A stretch of DNA of 64,000 bases from Octopus sinensis (Eukaryota): the NCBI RefSeq assembly GCF_006345805.1, contig NC_043024.1, forward strand, positions 16,802,001-16,866,000, written 5' to 3'. Both the position numbers and the translations under genes were made by a program. This document shows positions 24,692 to 39,105 of the stretch, piece by piece (the stretch's first letter is position 1; each line of letters opens with the position of its first letter). The notes under the pieces were generated by a model. That model saw only the letters and a program-made list of their open reading frames with translations, was not told where the DNA came from and did not search any database.

Positions 24692-25078
24692 TTTGTCTTC
24701 TACTATTTCTGTCATCAGACTGTGGCCATGCTGGAGCATCACTTTAAAGAATCTTAGTTGAACAAATCAACTCCAGAACTTATTTTTTTGTTTTTAAGCC
24801 TGTTTCTTATTCTACTAGCATCTTTTGCTGAAACGCTAAGTTACGGGGACGTAAACACACCAACACTGGTTGTCAAATGACAGTGGGATACAAACACAAC
24901 CACAAACACATACACACACACACACATATGAGGGGCTTCTTTCAGTTTCCATCTGCCAAATCCACTCACGAGGTTTTGGTCAGCCAAAGACTATAGTAGA
25001 AGACACTTGCCCAAGGTACCATGCCATGGGACTGAACCCAGAACTGTGTGTTTGGGAAGGAAACTTTTTCACCACACA
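24692..25078 (-). mobile_element. SINE family A
   Basis: Reverse-complement copy. Confidence 0.8.
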
Positions 25079-25079
25079 A

Positions 25080-25113
<34 letters not shown>

Positions 25114-25865
25114 GTGTGTGTGTGTATTTTCCATGCTTGCATGGCTGGGTAGAATTTTGTTGTGGCAGATTCTCTTTGGCTGGATGCCCTTCCTGTCACG
25201 AACCCTCACCTGCCTTGAACTAAGGTAATATTGCTGCATGGCCAGACATGTTTTGGCATAAGATTGGAAACAAATGACATCACTTGCTTGATGACATGTG
25301 CTTGCAAATATTGCAAAATACGAAGACAACAAGATAAGACACACGCATTGCAAATGATGCCAACGCCAGTTTATTTTCTTAATTGTTATTCTCTCCTATT
25401 TCACATTTGTTCTCATCAGAGTACAAGTATGTGTGTGTGTGTGTGAGTCTGTAGTGGATGTGGGTGTAAATGATTTTGATCCAGAAGTGTCACAAAGAGT
25501 GCAAATTTGATTGTGGACATTCACGGGGATTCTTCTGAGAATATGCTTGCATATGTGTATGTATATATGTGTGTACTTATATATATGTGTGTGCGTGTGT
25601 ATCTATATGTATATATATCTATATACATATATACACACACATATATATATATACATACATATATGTGTGTGTGTGTGTGGTATACATATGTATGTATATA
25701 CACACACATACATGTTTGAATATATATATATATGTATATATATGTGTGTGTGTGTGTATACATGCATATGTATACACACACACACACATATATATACATA
25801 TATATATATATTCAAACATGCATATGTATACACACACATATACACATACATATGTATATATGTAC

Positions 25866-25900
<35 letters not shown>

Positions 25901-26979
25901 ACAGCAATGAGTGGGTGTATAAATGTATGTATTGTTATTGCCATCTTCATTATTACTGTTGCTGTTCTTGTTGGCTGTAGTAGTAGTAGTAGTAGTAGTA
26001 GCAGTAGTTTGTATGAGTGCAACAGCATGTTTTCATATGCACGGTGATGTGTTTGTGTTTTCCATGTGAATGCTTCGAGTATCTACACATGTGTGTGGAT
26101 TGTGTGAGTATGTGTGTGGTTTAATACATGTAAATGTGTGAACAGATGGCTATATGGATTGATGGAAGGAGAGAGAGAGAGGTGTGTATGTATGCGTGTA
26201 TACATCAGTGTGTGTGTGTGTTGTGTGTGTGTTTGTTGTGTCAGCTGAGACACCGTGTATATAACAATATACGTGGGAAAAACTGAAGATCTGCGTAGGT
26301 GTGTATTGTCAATAAAGCGTATACATTTGTATATATAATATTGTATTACAAACAGTTTGGGGATAAGTGGCACAAATGATCGACAAAAAAATCTACATGA
26401 AAAACAAGAAGTTGGTTCCTGGAAATTATCCCTTTATCAACGCTTCAGACAATATTGTTCGTTCCAGCTGTGGCCGTAACATATTTGAGCTGTGACCTTC
26501 GATGTTGTTGAGCAACCAGTCCCAACCAACCAGTGTTCAAATTATGTGTTATACCATTCATCCTTTCAATGGATAAATACAAAACATGGTTTTTCAGACC
26601 ACCGTTTCACCTGTAAGGGTTACGTTGTGAGTTCAAATTCTGCCGAAGTCGACTTTACCTTTCATCTTTTCGGGGTCGATAACTTAAGTACTAGTTATGC
26701 ACTGGGGTCGATGTAATCGACTTAATACCTATGTCTGTACTTGTTTGTCCCCTCTATGTTTAACCCCTTGTGGGTAATAAAGAAATAGGTATATGGTGGG
26801 TATGAAGATCAAACAAAAGCATGAAAATGAATATTTAGGGTTGATACGAAACAAATGAACAGAGAATTTAAATGATGTTTCAAGTGAAAAGATAATTTTA
26901 AGGCACAGAATGCAAAAGGCAGAAACAATAGATAACAAAATGAATGAGCTATTGTTGTACTTCAGGATGGTAATTTTCT

Positions 26980-27370
26980 TTTTTTTACATGTTTGTCATT
27001 TGACTGCAGCCATGCTGGAGCACTGCCTAAAAGGTTATTAGACAAAGAAATCAACCCCAGGACATTGTTTTTTTAGAACTTAGAACTTATTCTATTGAAC
27101 TCTGAGTGAATCACTAAGTTACAGGGACATAAACACACCAACACCGGTTGTCAAGTGGTGATGGGAGCAGGGACAAACAAAGACACACACACATATATAC
27201 ATATATATATATACAACAGGCTTCTTTCAGTTTCCATCTACCAAATCCACTCACAAGGCTTTGGTCAACCTGAGGCTATAGCAGAAGACACTTGCCCAAG
27301 GTGCCATGCAGTGGGTGGAACTAAACCCAGAACCATGTGGTTGGGAAGCAAGCTTCTTACCATGCAGCCT
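26980..27370 (-). mobile_element. SINE family A
   Basis: Reverse-complement copy. Confidence 0.8.
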
Positions 27371-27709
27371 CACCTTTTTTTTTTTTTTGCTAAATAAACA
27401 CATTTGCTATATCTTCATTCTTCACTCATTTATTACTGTTCTTTTTTCAACTCATGTCCATTGGCTGGAAATCTTTTGTCACACACCTGTGACCTCTTCA
27501 GTGACACTTTCCACCTTTGCAAGAGCTCCTACAAAAAAGAGAAGAAAAAAAGAAATGACCATCCCAAAATACAATATCTGTTTCAACACATGGTTTTGTG
27601 TCAGGAATCTTGCATCACAAATTCATAAACGAAATGAATGAGGGTTTTATTTGCATAGAATCGAAGGGAGTTGTCCTAAAAATTTAAATGAGTAGTGATA
27701 GTGATTGAG

Positions 27710-27995
27710 AGACACATTGCCTAGTAGTTAGAGCAGTGGACTCGCAGTTGAGGGATCTCAGACTGGGTGATGTGCATGTTTACGAGCAAAACACCTGAGC
27801 TCCACGTAGCTTCGATAGAAGGTAATGGTGAACTTCTGCTGACTCTTTCACCACAACTTTCTCTGCACTATTTCTTCCTGCATCTTGCAGCTCACTGGCA
27901 CCCCATCCAGGTGGGGAACCTATATGCCAATGAAACTGGGAAACTGACCCTTATGAGCCAAGCATGGCTCAAGATGGAACAAACAACAACAACAA
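27710..27995 (+). mobile_element. SINE with a family-C-type head and a different (CAA)n tail
   Basis: Head shared with the 40281 copy (gcagtggactcgcagttgaggg..aaaacacctgagctccac). Ends ggaacaaacaacaacaac. Confidence 0.6.
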
Positions 27996-29020
27996 CGACA
28001 GTGATTGAAGTGGGCAGAGCCCAGGATGGATAGGGGCCAATAACTGAAACATAACCAACTGGCATGTCTCACTTTATAATCCAAGACCACCATGTACCAA
28101 GAGAGTATGTTCTGGATATTTTAGGTGTGTGCTGCACATCCATTGAAAATGGCAGATCCTTTATAAATACTAACCTTACTCATTGGTTTAATCCCAAATC
28201 TTAATGGAGAACTTCTGTCATATTCTTGCTTGAAGTTTGGTGGCATTGGGTGTGGCAGCATACCCAGGACAACAACTCCCATATGCCACTGGTATGTACC
28301 ATGTTACATTACATAATCCAATCCAGCATTATTTAACCTAGTTTGTTATTTTTCTTCCTTTTTGGGAGGGATCCTCAGTTCCTGGTGGAATTGTAGGGCT
28401 TTATTTTGAACCAAAATGGAATCTGTATACTTCCAAAAAGACAGAGAAAGAGAAGAATCCATTCTTTTATTGGATCGGTACATGAATTATTGACCCTGAA
28501 AGCAGGAATTGAACTCATAATGCAGAGAATTTCTCTATCAAGTCTGCCAGTTTGCCATCTATGTCAGTCTGTCCGTTCATCCATCGATTTGTGTGTGCAT
28601 GTAAGTAAGTATTACATACAATATCATCTATGAATGCAGCATGGGTAAATGGTTAAGGTTTCAATCCCATTCCAAGACATTCTATGGCAAGTGACTTCTA
28701 ATATAGCTCCATGTGGACCCAGGCTGTGTGAGCAAAATTGGGGAGATAGAAACTGTGTCTAATCCCATTGGATGGATTGTGTAGGGGATCCAAAATAATC
28801 CCAGCTCTGTCGCAAGCTGTGTCCTGTTGATTCTGCTTGAGAGGTTAAGATAGACACACATACATGTGGAATACACAGCCACTTATGTTAGTAAAAAACT
28901 TGTTTAATTGAACAAACAACTGGAAAGTTAATCATTAAAACTGTTCTAGATCCATTTACACCTGTTCCTACCTATTTACTGGTTTACACACATTCGCATA
29001 CACACACACACACACACACA

Positions 29021-29054
<34 letters not shown>

Positions 29055-29257
29055 TCTACATGCACACTCTTGCACACACATTGACATCTATCCTTGCCTA
29101 TCAATTTATTTACACACACAAACACAACTTACACACAAAACTTATCCACATCCACGCATGCACACATACATACATACTCACTCACATACACACACACACA
29201 TGCAGTCATGCACACATGGATAGGCGCACAATTAATGGTAGTGTGTAGAGGTATGTG

Positions 29258-29547
29258 TGAAGGCACGTGGCTTAGTGGTTAGGGCGTTTGGATCACGATT
29301 GCAAGGTCATGAGTTCAATTCCCAGCAGCATATTGTATCCTTGAGCAAGACACTTTATTTCATGTTCCACTCAGCTGGCAAAAATGAGTTGTATGTGTAA
29401 TTCAAAAGGGCCAGCCTTGTCACATTCTGTGTCACGCTGAAGCTCCCTGAGAACTACTTTAAAAGTAGAAACGTGTCTGTGGAGTACTCAGCCACTCGCA
29501 CATTAACTTCACGAGCAGACTGTTCCATTGATCGGGTCAACTGGAAC
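29258..29547 (+). mobile_element. SINE family C
   Basis: tRNA-like head ggcacgtggcttagtggttagggcg..gagttcaattccc plus the shared central domain. Confidence 0.75.
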
Positions 29548-30066
29548 AAATACCAACCACTATACAAAGTGTACTGGGTGCTTTTTAAGTGGCACCAACA
29601 CTTGTGAAGTGAGTTTGGCACAGTTTTTGTGACTGGATGCCCTTCTTAAGACCAACCACTTTACAGGGTGGAGTGAGTGAGCAAGAGAGAAAGAGAGTGA
29701 GAGAGAGCAACAGTAAGAGAGAGCATGAGAGAGATGGGGGCAATTCTCAGGGTACAAGGATGTAAATGTAACAAATAGTAGAGGGTTACCCAGGGTGTGT
29801 TCACGAGAATGCAAAATAGGAAGGGAGGGAGAGGGGGAATGCAGTTATGAAATCTGGGTATATAGGGAGGGACAACAGGATAGCAACGATACAGTTAGCA
29901 GTGGGAGAAGGGCAAGATTGGGCTGCAGGAGTGGGGTGGGAGAGATCAGCAGAGGAGGAGAAGATGCGAGGAAAAGGACAAGAGATGTAGTTTGCTTTAT
30001 TGGGATAGGGTATGTGAAATTAATGTTCCATGTGGGTGGAACACACAGCACTTCCAGAACTCAGTT

Positions 30067-30310
30067 TCACTGAGGTGGGTGAATCTTCTCAAGATCCTCA
30101 TATTACCATGCGTCTCAGTCCATTGTCATCTCTTCTGTGAGGCCCAGTGCCCTGAGTTCAGTCCTCACTACTTCATTCTGTGCTTGCCTGGGTCTCCCTC
30201 TTTCACAGGTGCCATCCACTTTAAGCAATTGGCACTTTATACAACTGTCCAGATTCCTGTGCTTCACATGTCCAAAGAAATTTAGTCTTCTTTCTTGCAG
30301 GCTTCATCTG
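30067..30310 (-). mobile_element. RTE LINE ORF C-terminal fragment
   Basis: Minus strand KRLNFFGHVKHRNLDSCIKC..VDGTCERGRPRQ..EVVRTELRALGL. Confidence 0.7.
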
Positions 30311-31454
30311 ATTCATGGGTGTGTGTTATTGTGTGTTTTTATATTTAGAAATGATATCAGGAATTAAAGGTATTGTAAAAGAGTTTTACAAATGTAAAAC
30401 ATGTGTGGTATTTGGGTAGGACGTGTTAAATTGCATGCCAACCAAATATTGTGTGCAAATGCTATGAAAAATCATGTGTGCATGAAATATGAGGTACAGG
30501 TTATTTTCCAAATTAAACAGTTGTAGCATGAACATCATTTTAAAAAGAGTGTGCAGTGTAAGCCATCGAAATTGCATTCCGTAAGTAAATATTAATTAAT
30601 CTCCTTTCTGTGAACATTTCAAATGTAAAACTTCTTCCTTGAAGATGGAGGCTGGCATTATCTGATGATGGATTCAATTTACAATCATTATTTTGGATCC
30701 CTCAGCCCCCAGGAATAGCTGTGGGACTCATAAAACTCATATTCAACCCCTTTAATCCCTGTTTTTATATTTATGTGTGTTTGTGTTTGTGTGGGTTTGC
30801 AAGTTTATGAATGCAAGCAATATGGGGGTTTGTATAAGGCAACAAGAAGTCCCCAGGGTTACATGAATACCTCAAGGTATAATAAAGTTCCTGATGCACT
30901 GTGTTGGGTACATCTACTCGAATGTGAACACATTCAGAACAAATTATGAATGAGGGTATTAAAATAGATAAAAATTTAAACAAAAACAAAGACTCTATGA
31001 TAATCATAGAAGTTTTAGGTTCAAATGAATTGTGTGTGTGTGTGTACTATGTTATGTATATCTATAATCAGTGCAAATAACGAGAAAATATAATGGAGAG
31101 AACTTACAATGTTTTCTGAATGAGGAGAGGTCTAACGACCTTTTGGCAGAATTGAAATGACGTAGGTATGTATATATATACATACAGGAAATGAGCCAGG
31201 GACGAGACAGGTAATCTCATTTACTTCCTGTTAAAAAGGAGAGTTCAGAGGGGATAGTATGAAATACAAGAGGGAGCTGCATATGGATCAGACTGTTTAC
31301 CACCTACCTTTGAACAATCGAGGAGAAACTCTTTGGGTATTAAACCGGTTGTTACATAATTTCAATCTTTGAATATTAATTCCGTGTTTGTACAATTTCT
31401 GTTGTTGTAATTCGAAGTTTACCCATTTTATACATAAGAATTTGCCTGATTGTA

Positions 31455-32308
31455 ACAACTATGATTACTATGCCAGATTGTTGAGGCAATTACAAAGGGC
31501 TATCAAAACCAAATACCCAGGCAAACTGACAAAAGGGGTCTTGTGTCATCAGGACAATGCTCCGTTACACAAGTCTTAGGTTGCAATGGCAGTTGTGTAT
31601 GACTGACTTTGAACAGCCTCCCAATTCTTCTGATCTGATCCCATCTGACTATCTCTTTACTCTTTTACTCATTTCAGTCATTTGACTGTGGCCATACTGG
31701 AGCACTGCCTTTAGTCGACCAAATCGACACCAGGACTTATTCTATGTAAGCCTAGTAATTATTCTATTGGTCTCTTTTGCTGAACTGCTAATTTATGGGG
31801 ACGTAAACACACCAGCATCGGTTATCAAGCGATGTTGGGGGGACAAACACAGGCACACACATACACACACACATACATATATACAATGGGCTTCTTTCAG
31901 TTTCCGTCTACCAAATCCACTCACAAGACTTTGGTCGGCCAGAGGCTATAGTAGAAGACACTTGCCCAAGGTGCCACGCAGTGGGACTGAACCCAGAACC
32001 ATGTGGTTGGTAAGCAAGCTAGTTACCACACAGCCACTCCTATGCCTATCATCTGTTCCTCCAACATGAGAAAACACTTGGTTTGGTACCAGTGTTGCAA
32101 TGGTGATGACATCACATCTGCTGTTGATGACTTCTTTGACCATCAGGATGAAAGCTTCTGCACCAATGGGATCCAAACACTGGAACATAGATAGAAAAAG
32201 TGTGTGGACCACAAGGGGGTGGGGGGATTCTGTTGAAAAATAAACCTCATTTGATCACAGTTCATGAGAATATCTTGCTCAGCCTATTAACTTTACAGCC
32301 AACCCTCA
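31455..32308 (+). mobile_element. Mariner 3' remnant interrupted by SINE A
   Basis: YYARLLRQLQRAIKTKYPGKLTKGVLCHQDNAP, then PSDY|HLF split by the SINE. Terminal aactttacagccaaccctca-TA. Confidence 0.75.
31654..32045 (-). mobile_element. SINE family A nested in the mariner
   Basis: Full copy with TSD ctatc (31649-31653 / 32046-32050). Confidence 0.85.
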
Positions 32309-32702
32309 TACCCAAATACACACACACACACACACACACAGAGGCACGCAACCACAATCCATGCACACCAGTTTAATTGGCAATTGGCAAACCATATTTA
32401 TTTCGAAGTCAGTGATAGAGTCTAATGTAACGAGTGAAATGATAGCAAATCTTCTCCTTCTCACCTTTTGCCTTAAAAAGAATAATAAATGAGAAAGGTG
32501 CATGGAGTAATGGAATCTTAGATATACTATACCTGCTTGGATGATTATGGGTTGGAATACTTTGAACATAAGTTTATTTGATCAGGCCTGACCTAGGGTT
32601 AAATAAGCTACAACAAAAACGTATATATAGAAAATATGTTTACATTTCACTGTTATACTATAGTAAAGATAATATAGTACAGTATAATATACACATATGT
32701 AT

Positions 32703-33090
32703 ATCTTCTATCGTTTACTTTTTTCAGTCATCAGACTGTTGCCATGCTGGGGCATTGCCTTGAAGAATTTTAATTGAACAAATCAATTCTTGTACATTTT
32801 ATTCTTTTGTAAAGTCTGGTACTTATTCTGTTTTTCTGTTTTGTCAAACCACTAAGTTATAGGGATATAAACACACCAACACTGGTTGTCAGGTGATAGT
32901 AGGGGACAAATACAGACACAAAGACATACACACACATGACAAGCTTCTATCAGTTTCCATCTACCAAATCTACTCATTATGAACTTTGGTTGTCTTGGGG
33001 CAAGGCACTTTGGTTGCTCAAGGTGCTACACAATGGGACTGAAGCCAGAACCATGTGTTTGGGAAGCAAGCTTCTTACCACATAGCCATG
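32703..33090 (-). mobile_element. Diverged SINE family A
   Basis: Reverse-complement copy. Confidence 0.75.
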
Positions 33091-33415
33091 CTTAATCCTA
33101 TATATATCCTTATCTTCGAAACTCGGAGTAGATGAAACAGGGACAACTGATGAAGGGGAATATTCTTTATGTTGTATGTCTCATTTCTCTGTTTTTTTCG
33201 TTGTTCAAAACAAAAAGTTTGTTTTCTATGTTTTTGTTGTTTTCGTTTCTCATTGTGTTTAACGTTTTATTTTGATGTCCTGTACCCATATATACATGTA
33301 TATATACATATGTATGCAGGTATGTACATATATGTATGTATATATGCATATATTTATACATTATTTATATTATTATATGATCGAATGCCACGCATCCTTT
33401 TCCAAGTAAGTTTTA

Positions 33416-33451
<36 letters not shown>

Positions 33452-33513
33452 CATACATACATACATACATACATACATACATACATACATTCAAACACAC
33501 ACACACACACACA

Positions 33514-35686
33514 TTAGGTTGTCTGGAAAGTTCTGAGCAATTTTAATATGCAAAATAAATATATAAATAAGTGACTTTACAATAAATTTTATTCATTGAA
33601 ATAATTTCATTCTTATTAATGACCTTTGCCTATCTATCTGGCAATTTAAATATACAATCAGCATAAAATTTGACTGGTTTTGAAGAAAAATAGTTATCTA
33701 CATGCATTTTGAATCCAGTTGTTAAATGTTTTTCTTTGCTATGAGTTCTGTAGATACAAAAACAAGTGATAGTCAGATGGTGCAATATCAGGAGAATGTG
33801 GTGGATGGGGTAAGAGATCCCAACCAAGTTCATGTAACTTTGTTTGGGTAGCCAAAGACACATGGGGTCAGGCATTGTCTTGTTGGAACATTACCCCTTT
33901 CCTGCTGGCAATCTCTGGCCTCAATTCTTTGATCTTTTGGTTCATATTAGCCAGCTGATGACAGTACACATCAGAATTAATGTTCTAGTTTTGTGGGAGA
34001 AGCTCATAATAAATAAGGCCTTTATGATCCCACCAAACACAAAGCATAGCTTTTTTGGCATGGATATTTGTCTTTGATTGCTGTTTTGGGGGAGCCTTAT
34101 GCAAACTCCAGGATCTTTTTCACACTACATTTTCATACACAATCCATTTTTCATTTCCAGTCACAATTTGTTTAAAGAAAAGGCATGTTTTCATTTTGTT
34201 TCAAAAGCATATTAAAGTTGGAATACCGGTCCAAGCAATTATTTTCTTAGAGTTTGTGAGGGACCTATACATTATAGTGAGAAATATATCCTTGCTTCAC
34301 TAGGTGTTCATAAGCCATACCTTTAGAAAATTCCGACTCCTCTGCAAGTTCTCTAGTTATGATATTTGAGTTTTCTTCGATTTTTGCCTTCAAAATATCT
34401 TCGTCCAAAGTTGAAGGTCTTCCACTGTGACTGTCATCTTCCAAGCTAAACTCTCCAGCTTCAAATTAAGCAAACCACTCACAAATGTTTTTGCAAGTCT
34501 TTGCAACATTTTCTCCTTTTAAAAAAAAAAAAGAAAAGCATTACAATGCAAATATGAAACATTTGGTTCTCCATTTCAAATGTCAATAAAGAGTAACCAG
34601 AATTAAAGATAAATCTATTTTTAGTCAGGAACAAAGAAGAGATGTACAAGCACTTCAAGTAATGCTGAAGTTTACATGTGTTACATTTTCAGGTTTGTTC
34701 AATAGAGCATTAACCCTTTCATTACCAAACCGCCTGAAAAAAATTTTGGTTAATGTGACCAAACTGCCCAAAGCTGCCTGAATTTACCTATTCATATTTA
34801 AATGAGAATATCAGAGCAAATCTCTTTAGTACATTCATGAAAATACGTATTATACTTCGTAAAGAGTTCAACTACAGTTTTGTACAAAAATCAAAGTGTA
34901 ATTTTAATTCCGTGAATTTTGGGAGATTTTTTTCCGAAATTTGTTCCTATTGTGTTTTCAAAATTTGTAATTCTGACAAAAAATGGATACGAATTTCATT
35001 ATATCAAGCAGCAAGTCAGAATTCGAAGGATTTTCTACTGAAGACCTTCATAAATCTAACTCTATGACTGAAAAAAAAAAGCATGTGGTATTTGATAATG
35101 AATCTGATGTTTCATTTTCCGAAAGTGAAAACAGTGAATCCGAGAGCTCCGACAGCGATAAAGAAAATGAATTGGCACCTGAATGGAGTGAAAATTTAAA
35201 AACTGTTTCTTTCGGGGATACTTAGTGGTTTCCCACAACCTTAAATGAAATTAAGACTATTTTGCCATAAATATTATTATGGGTATCAGAAAGTTACCCA
35301 GAATAACAAATTCTATCGTAAAATTTTGTTGTATACCCAATTGAATATTAGCTAATAACCCATTTTCTATAGCGATGTTTGAACAAAATTTTAATAATTT
35401 TATATGTTGTTGAATTTACCTGTATCTACCTGCAATTAGAGTCACTTTGTGACAAAAATTATAGTATAGAATTGGTTGAGAACATTTCATTAAATTATCT
35501 TCCAAAATTCACGTTAATATATTGATAAATAAAAAAGTTATAGTTGTTTAATGAAACCAGACTAAATTTATGATTACGTTAGAAATTAATTGAAACACAT
35601 AAGGGGTGTATTTTGGTCAGAAATATAGTAACGAAAGGGTTAAAAGACTTAGCTTAAAAATGCTCAGAACTTTTTGTCCAACCTAA
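33514..35686 (-). mobile_element. Full-span decayed mariner carrying a nested piggyBac-like element
   Basis: TIRs ttaggttgtctggaaagttctgagca / tgctcagaactttttgtccaacctaa (21/26 match) followed by TA. Transposase pseudogene from ATG 34574 with QQDNA and HPPHSPDIAPSDYH motifs. Confidence 0.8.
34714..35639 (+). mobile_element. Internally deleted piggyBac-like element
   Basis: TTAA TSDs (34710-34713, 35640-35643) and TIR ccctttcattac / gtaacgaaaggg. ORF 34983-35225 is the acidic N-terminus typical of piggyBac transposases (SEFEGF..SDSD..PEW). Confidence 0.8.
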
Positions 35687-35701
35687 TATGTATATATATA
35701 T

Positions 35702-36080
35702 AGGCGCAGGAGTGGCTGTGTGGTAAGTAGCTTGCTAACCAACCACATGGTTCCGGGTTCAGTCCCACTGCGTGGCATCTTCTGCTATAGCTCCGGGCCG
35801 ACCAATGCCTTGTGAGTGGATTCGGTAGACGGAAACTGAAAGAAGCCTGTCGTATATATGTATATGTATATGTGTGTGTGTGTGTTTGTCCCCCTGGCAT
35901 TGCTTGACAACCAATGCTGGTGTGTTTACGTCCCCGTCACTTAGCGGTTCGGCAAAAGAGACCGATAGAATAAGCACTGGGCTTACAAAGAATGTCCCGT
36001 GGTCGTTTTGCTCGACTAAAGGCGGTGCTCCAGCATGGCCGCAGTCAAAATGACTGAAACAAGTAAAAGAGTAAAAGAGT
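35702..36080 (+). mobile_element. SINE family A (young, CpG-rich)
   Basis: Full-length copy. Confidence 0.85.
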
Positions 36081-36144
36081 ATATATATATATATATATAT
36101 ATATAGACATGTACACACAGATATACATACATAAGCATGTGTAT

Positions 36145-36182
<38 letters not shown>

Positions 36183-36308
36183 TATCTGGCCTTAGAAAAT
36201 CTACCTCAAATATACTCCATCCATTTCATGGAAGCAAGAAAAAGTCGATGTTAAATAATGATGATGATTATGTAATCTAATAATAGATGTATATTATATA
36301 ATATTATG

Positions 36309-36347
<39 letters not shown>

Positions 36348-36900
36348 ATATATCATATAATACTATAAAAGATATATATCATAATAGGTTTACCTATACT
36401 ATAATGGAGAAAGCTGCTTGGAAATTAATTGGAATTATGTAACCTTACTATAAGAAGGCAATGCTAAATTTTCCATTGACTTAGAGATTTTAAAAAATTT
36501 CCTGTTATAATATATTTTTATCAGAATGGGGTTTTGTGATTTCTTTTCAACTAAACAATTTTAATTTGATGTTGGCATTTTATAAAATTTTAAGCTGCCT
36601 CACTACCCTCTCTCTCTCTCTTTTTTTTTTCTTTCTCTTCTGATATATTTCTAAAAGTCAACTACTTAGCTAAAATCTTCCCCATTCATGTTATTGTAGT
36701 TCATACGATGAACAGGAACTGAAGGAAAAAATAAAAGAATCATTTCCCATCGCTGCACATCTGTAGCTGTGTGTTTATATAGGTTAAATTTAATATTAAT
36801 ATTAGGGTTTAGTATTAATATTAATACAGTTTAGTATTAATATTTCAGTACAAACATATAAGTTGACAAAAAAGGAATAAGTTAGAACCAATCTTTTATT

Positions 36901-37345
36901 TTTTATCTTTTGCTTATTTATCTCATCAGAGCATGGCTATGCTGGGGCACTGCTTTGAAGAATCTTTAATCAGCTGCATTGACCCTAGTACGTACTTTTT
37001 GAAAGCCTGGTGCTTATTTTATCAGTCATCTTTTGCTGATTTGCTAAGTTATGGGGATGTAAACACACCTGCATCAGCTGTCAAGTGGTAGTGGTGGTGG
37101 GAGGGAACAGACACAGACACACATGCACACTCACACACACTTGTATATATACACACACAAACACATAAGCATAAACACACACACACACACACTCACATAC
37201 AGATATGTATGTTTCTTTCAGTTTCTGTCTACCAAATCCACTCACAAGGCTTTAGTTGGCCTGAGGTTATAGTAGAAGGTATCAAACAGTGGGACTGAAC
37301 CCTGAACCATGTAGTTGAGAAACAAGCTTCTCACCACACAGCCAC
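36901..37345 (-). mobile_element. Diverged SINE family A
   Basis: Reverse-complement copy with an expanded (CA)n centre. Confidence 0.75.
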
Positions 37346-37597
37346 CAATATAATTTTATTCCAGTACATTCCCCAACATGTTCATGAAACCTTTAAAGAA
37401 ACTCTTTGAGCATCAGAGATTTTGGGTTTTAAATTTTTTTAAATAACATTTTTAAAAATAACAAACAAGCAATCAAAATATTTATTATACAAAACGAACA
37501 ATATCAATATTTATACGTTTTAAATGCAAATAAAATATATCTATATGCAGAACAAAATATAATCTTACACAATGGTTATGCAAAAACTATATTGATA

Positions 37598-37990
37598 GGT
37601 GCAGGAGTGGCTGTGTGGTAAGTAGCCTATTTACCAACCATATGGTTTGGGGTTCAGTCCCACTGCGTGGCACCTTATACAAGTGTCTTCTACTATTGCC
37701 TCGGGTTGACCAAAGCCTTGTGAGTGGATTTGGTAGACGGAAACTGAAAGAAGCCTGTCGTATATATGTATGTGTGTGTCTTTGTGTGTCCGTGTTTGTA
37801 CCCCCACCGTTGCTTAACAACTGATGTTGGTGTGTTTATATCCCTGTAACTTAGCGATTCGGCAAAAGAGACCGATAGAAATAAGTACTAAGCTTACAAA
37901 GAATAAGTCTTGGGGTCAATTTGTTTGACTAAAGGTGATGCTCCAGAATGACTGCAGTCAAATGACTGAAACAAGTAAAAGAATAAAAAT
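37598..37990 (+). mobile_element. SINE family A
   Basis: Full-length copy. Confidence 0.85.
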
Positions 37991-38539
37991 ATAAAAGCCT
38001 TTCAGTGCAACTTCTTCAAAAGGGGATGCACAAAAACACACTTCATCTGTCAGAAAGCCAACAAATACTTGGGGAAGGATTTGGTGGGGTAATATGAAAT
38101 TGATTTCAAATTACAGCTAGCCCCTTCCTAGTGTAAATGCAGTTTCAAGCTACCAGCAACTGAGCTGAAATGGGAGTTAAGGCTTTGAAGTCATTATAGT
38201 GGTATAATTTGAAAAAAAAAAAACAAATGTCAACAGTAAATTTGTTAGTATGATTATTTTGTTACAGGCCCTAAGATATACCCATATGATCCCTGCCATT
38301 TCTAACATAATAATCTCCCACAAAGAGGATGGACTACTTTTGAGTTTGTTTAAAAGACAGAGATTAAGTCTGCGATAAAATAATGAAAGAAATATTTACT
38401 GAGTGAATTCTATGAGACAAATAAAGGATAGAAAAGAAAATGAGATGAAACAGAGAAAAATTACACAAACTTGGAAGGATATGTGTAAATATTTCGTAAC
38501 TAGTAAAGAACTGCCTGGAGGGCAGCTTTTCTGCTGCTC

Positions 38540-39105
38540 TAACTGTGGAAGGAACCTGTGGTGAAGGTAGTCTCAGAAAGACATGGGACGAAGTGGTGAA
38601 GCACAATCTTCGAACTTTGAGCCTCACAAAGGCAATGACTTGTGACTGAGACCTTTGGTGATATGCTGTGCTTGAGAAGACCTGTGAAGCCAAGTGAAAT
38701 CGTAGTCATGGCTGATGCTGGTGTCACATAACTGGCACCTATCCAGCATCTTTTGAGCATTGGGCCTCACTGGGGCAAAGTGGCTGAGTTCCTTTCGAGT
38801 GTTGGGCCTCAGAGAGGCAATGACTGAGACCTTTGACATTATGATGTGCTTAAGAAGAAGACCCATCAAGCCAAGCAAAATCACAGTTGTAGCAGATACT
38901 GGTGTCATGCAAATGGTACCCATGTCGGTGGCATGTAGAGGTACCTATTATACCCTCAGAGTGGTTGGTGTTAGGAAGGGCATCCAGCCACAGAAAACCA
39001 TGCCAAATCAGACTGGTGTCTGGTGCATCCTTCCAACTTGTCAGCCCTGGTCAAACCATCCATCCCATACCGGCATGGACAACGGACATTAAATGATGAT
39101 GATGA
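38540..39105 (+). mobile_element. RTE LINE 3' end with an internal duplication and (GAT)n tail
   Basis: TVEGTCGEGSLRKTWDEVVKHNLRTLSLTKAMT..DLW..AVLEKT. The segment recurs at ~38795-38920. Ends ggacattaaatgatgatgatga. Confidence 0.8.

Noticed and set aside
33107-33165. cttc-GAAA-ctcggag-TA..CTGATGA-agggg, a possible permuted hammerhead
   Set aside because: No stem I can be formed and stem II is weak.
35702-35775. tRNA-like sequences at SINE heads
   Set aside because: They have Pol III boxes but no complete cloverleaf, and are always fused to the SINE body.
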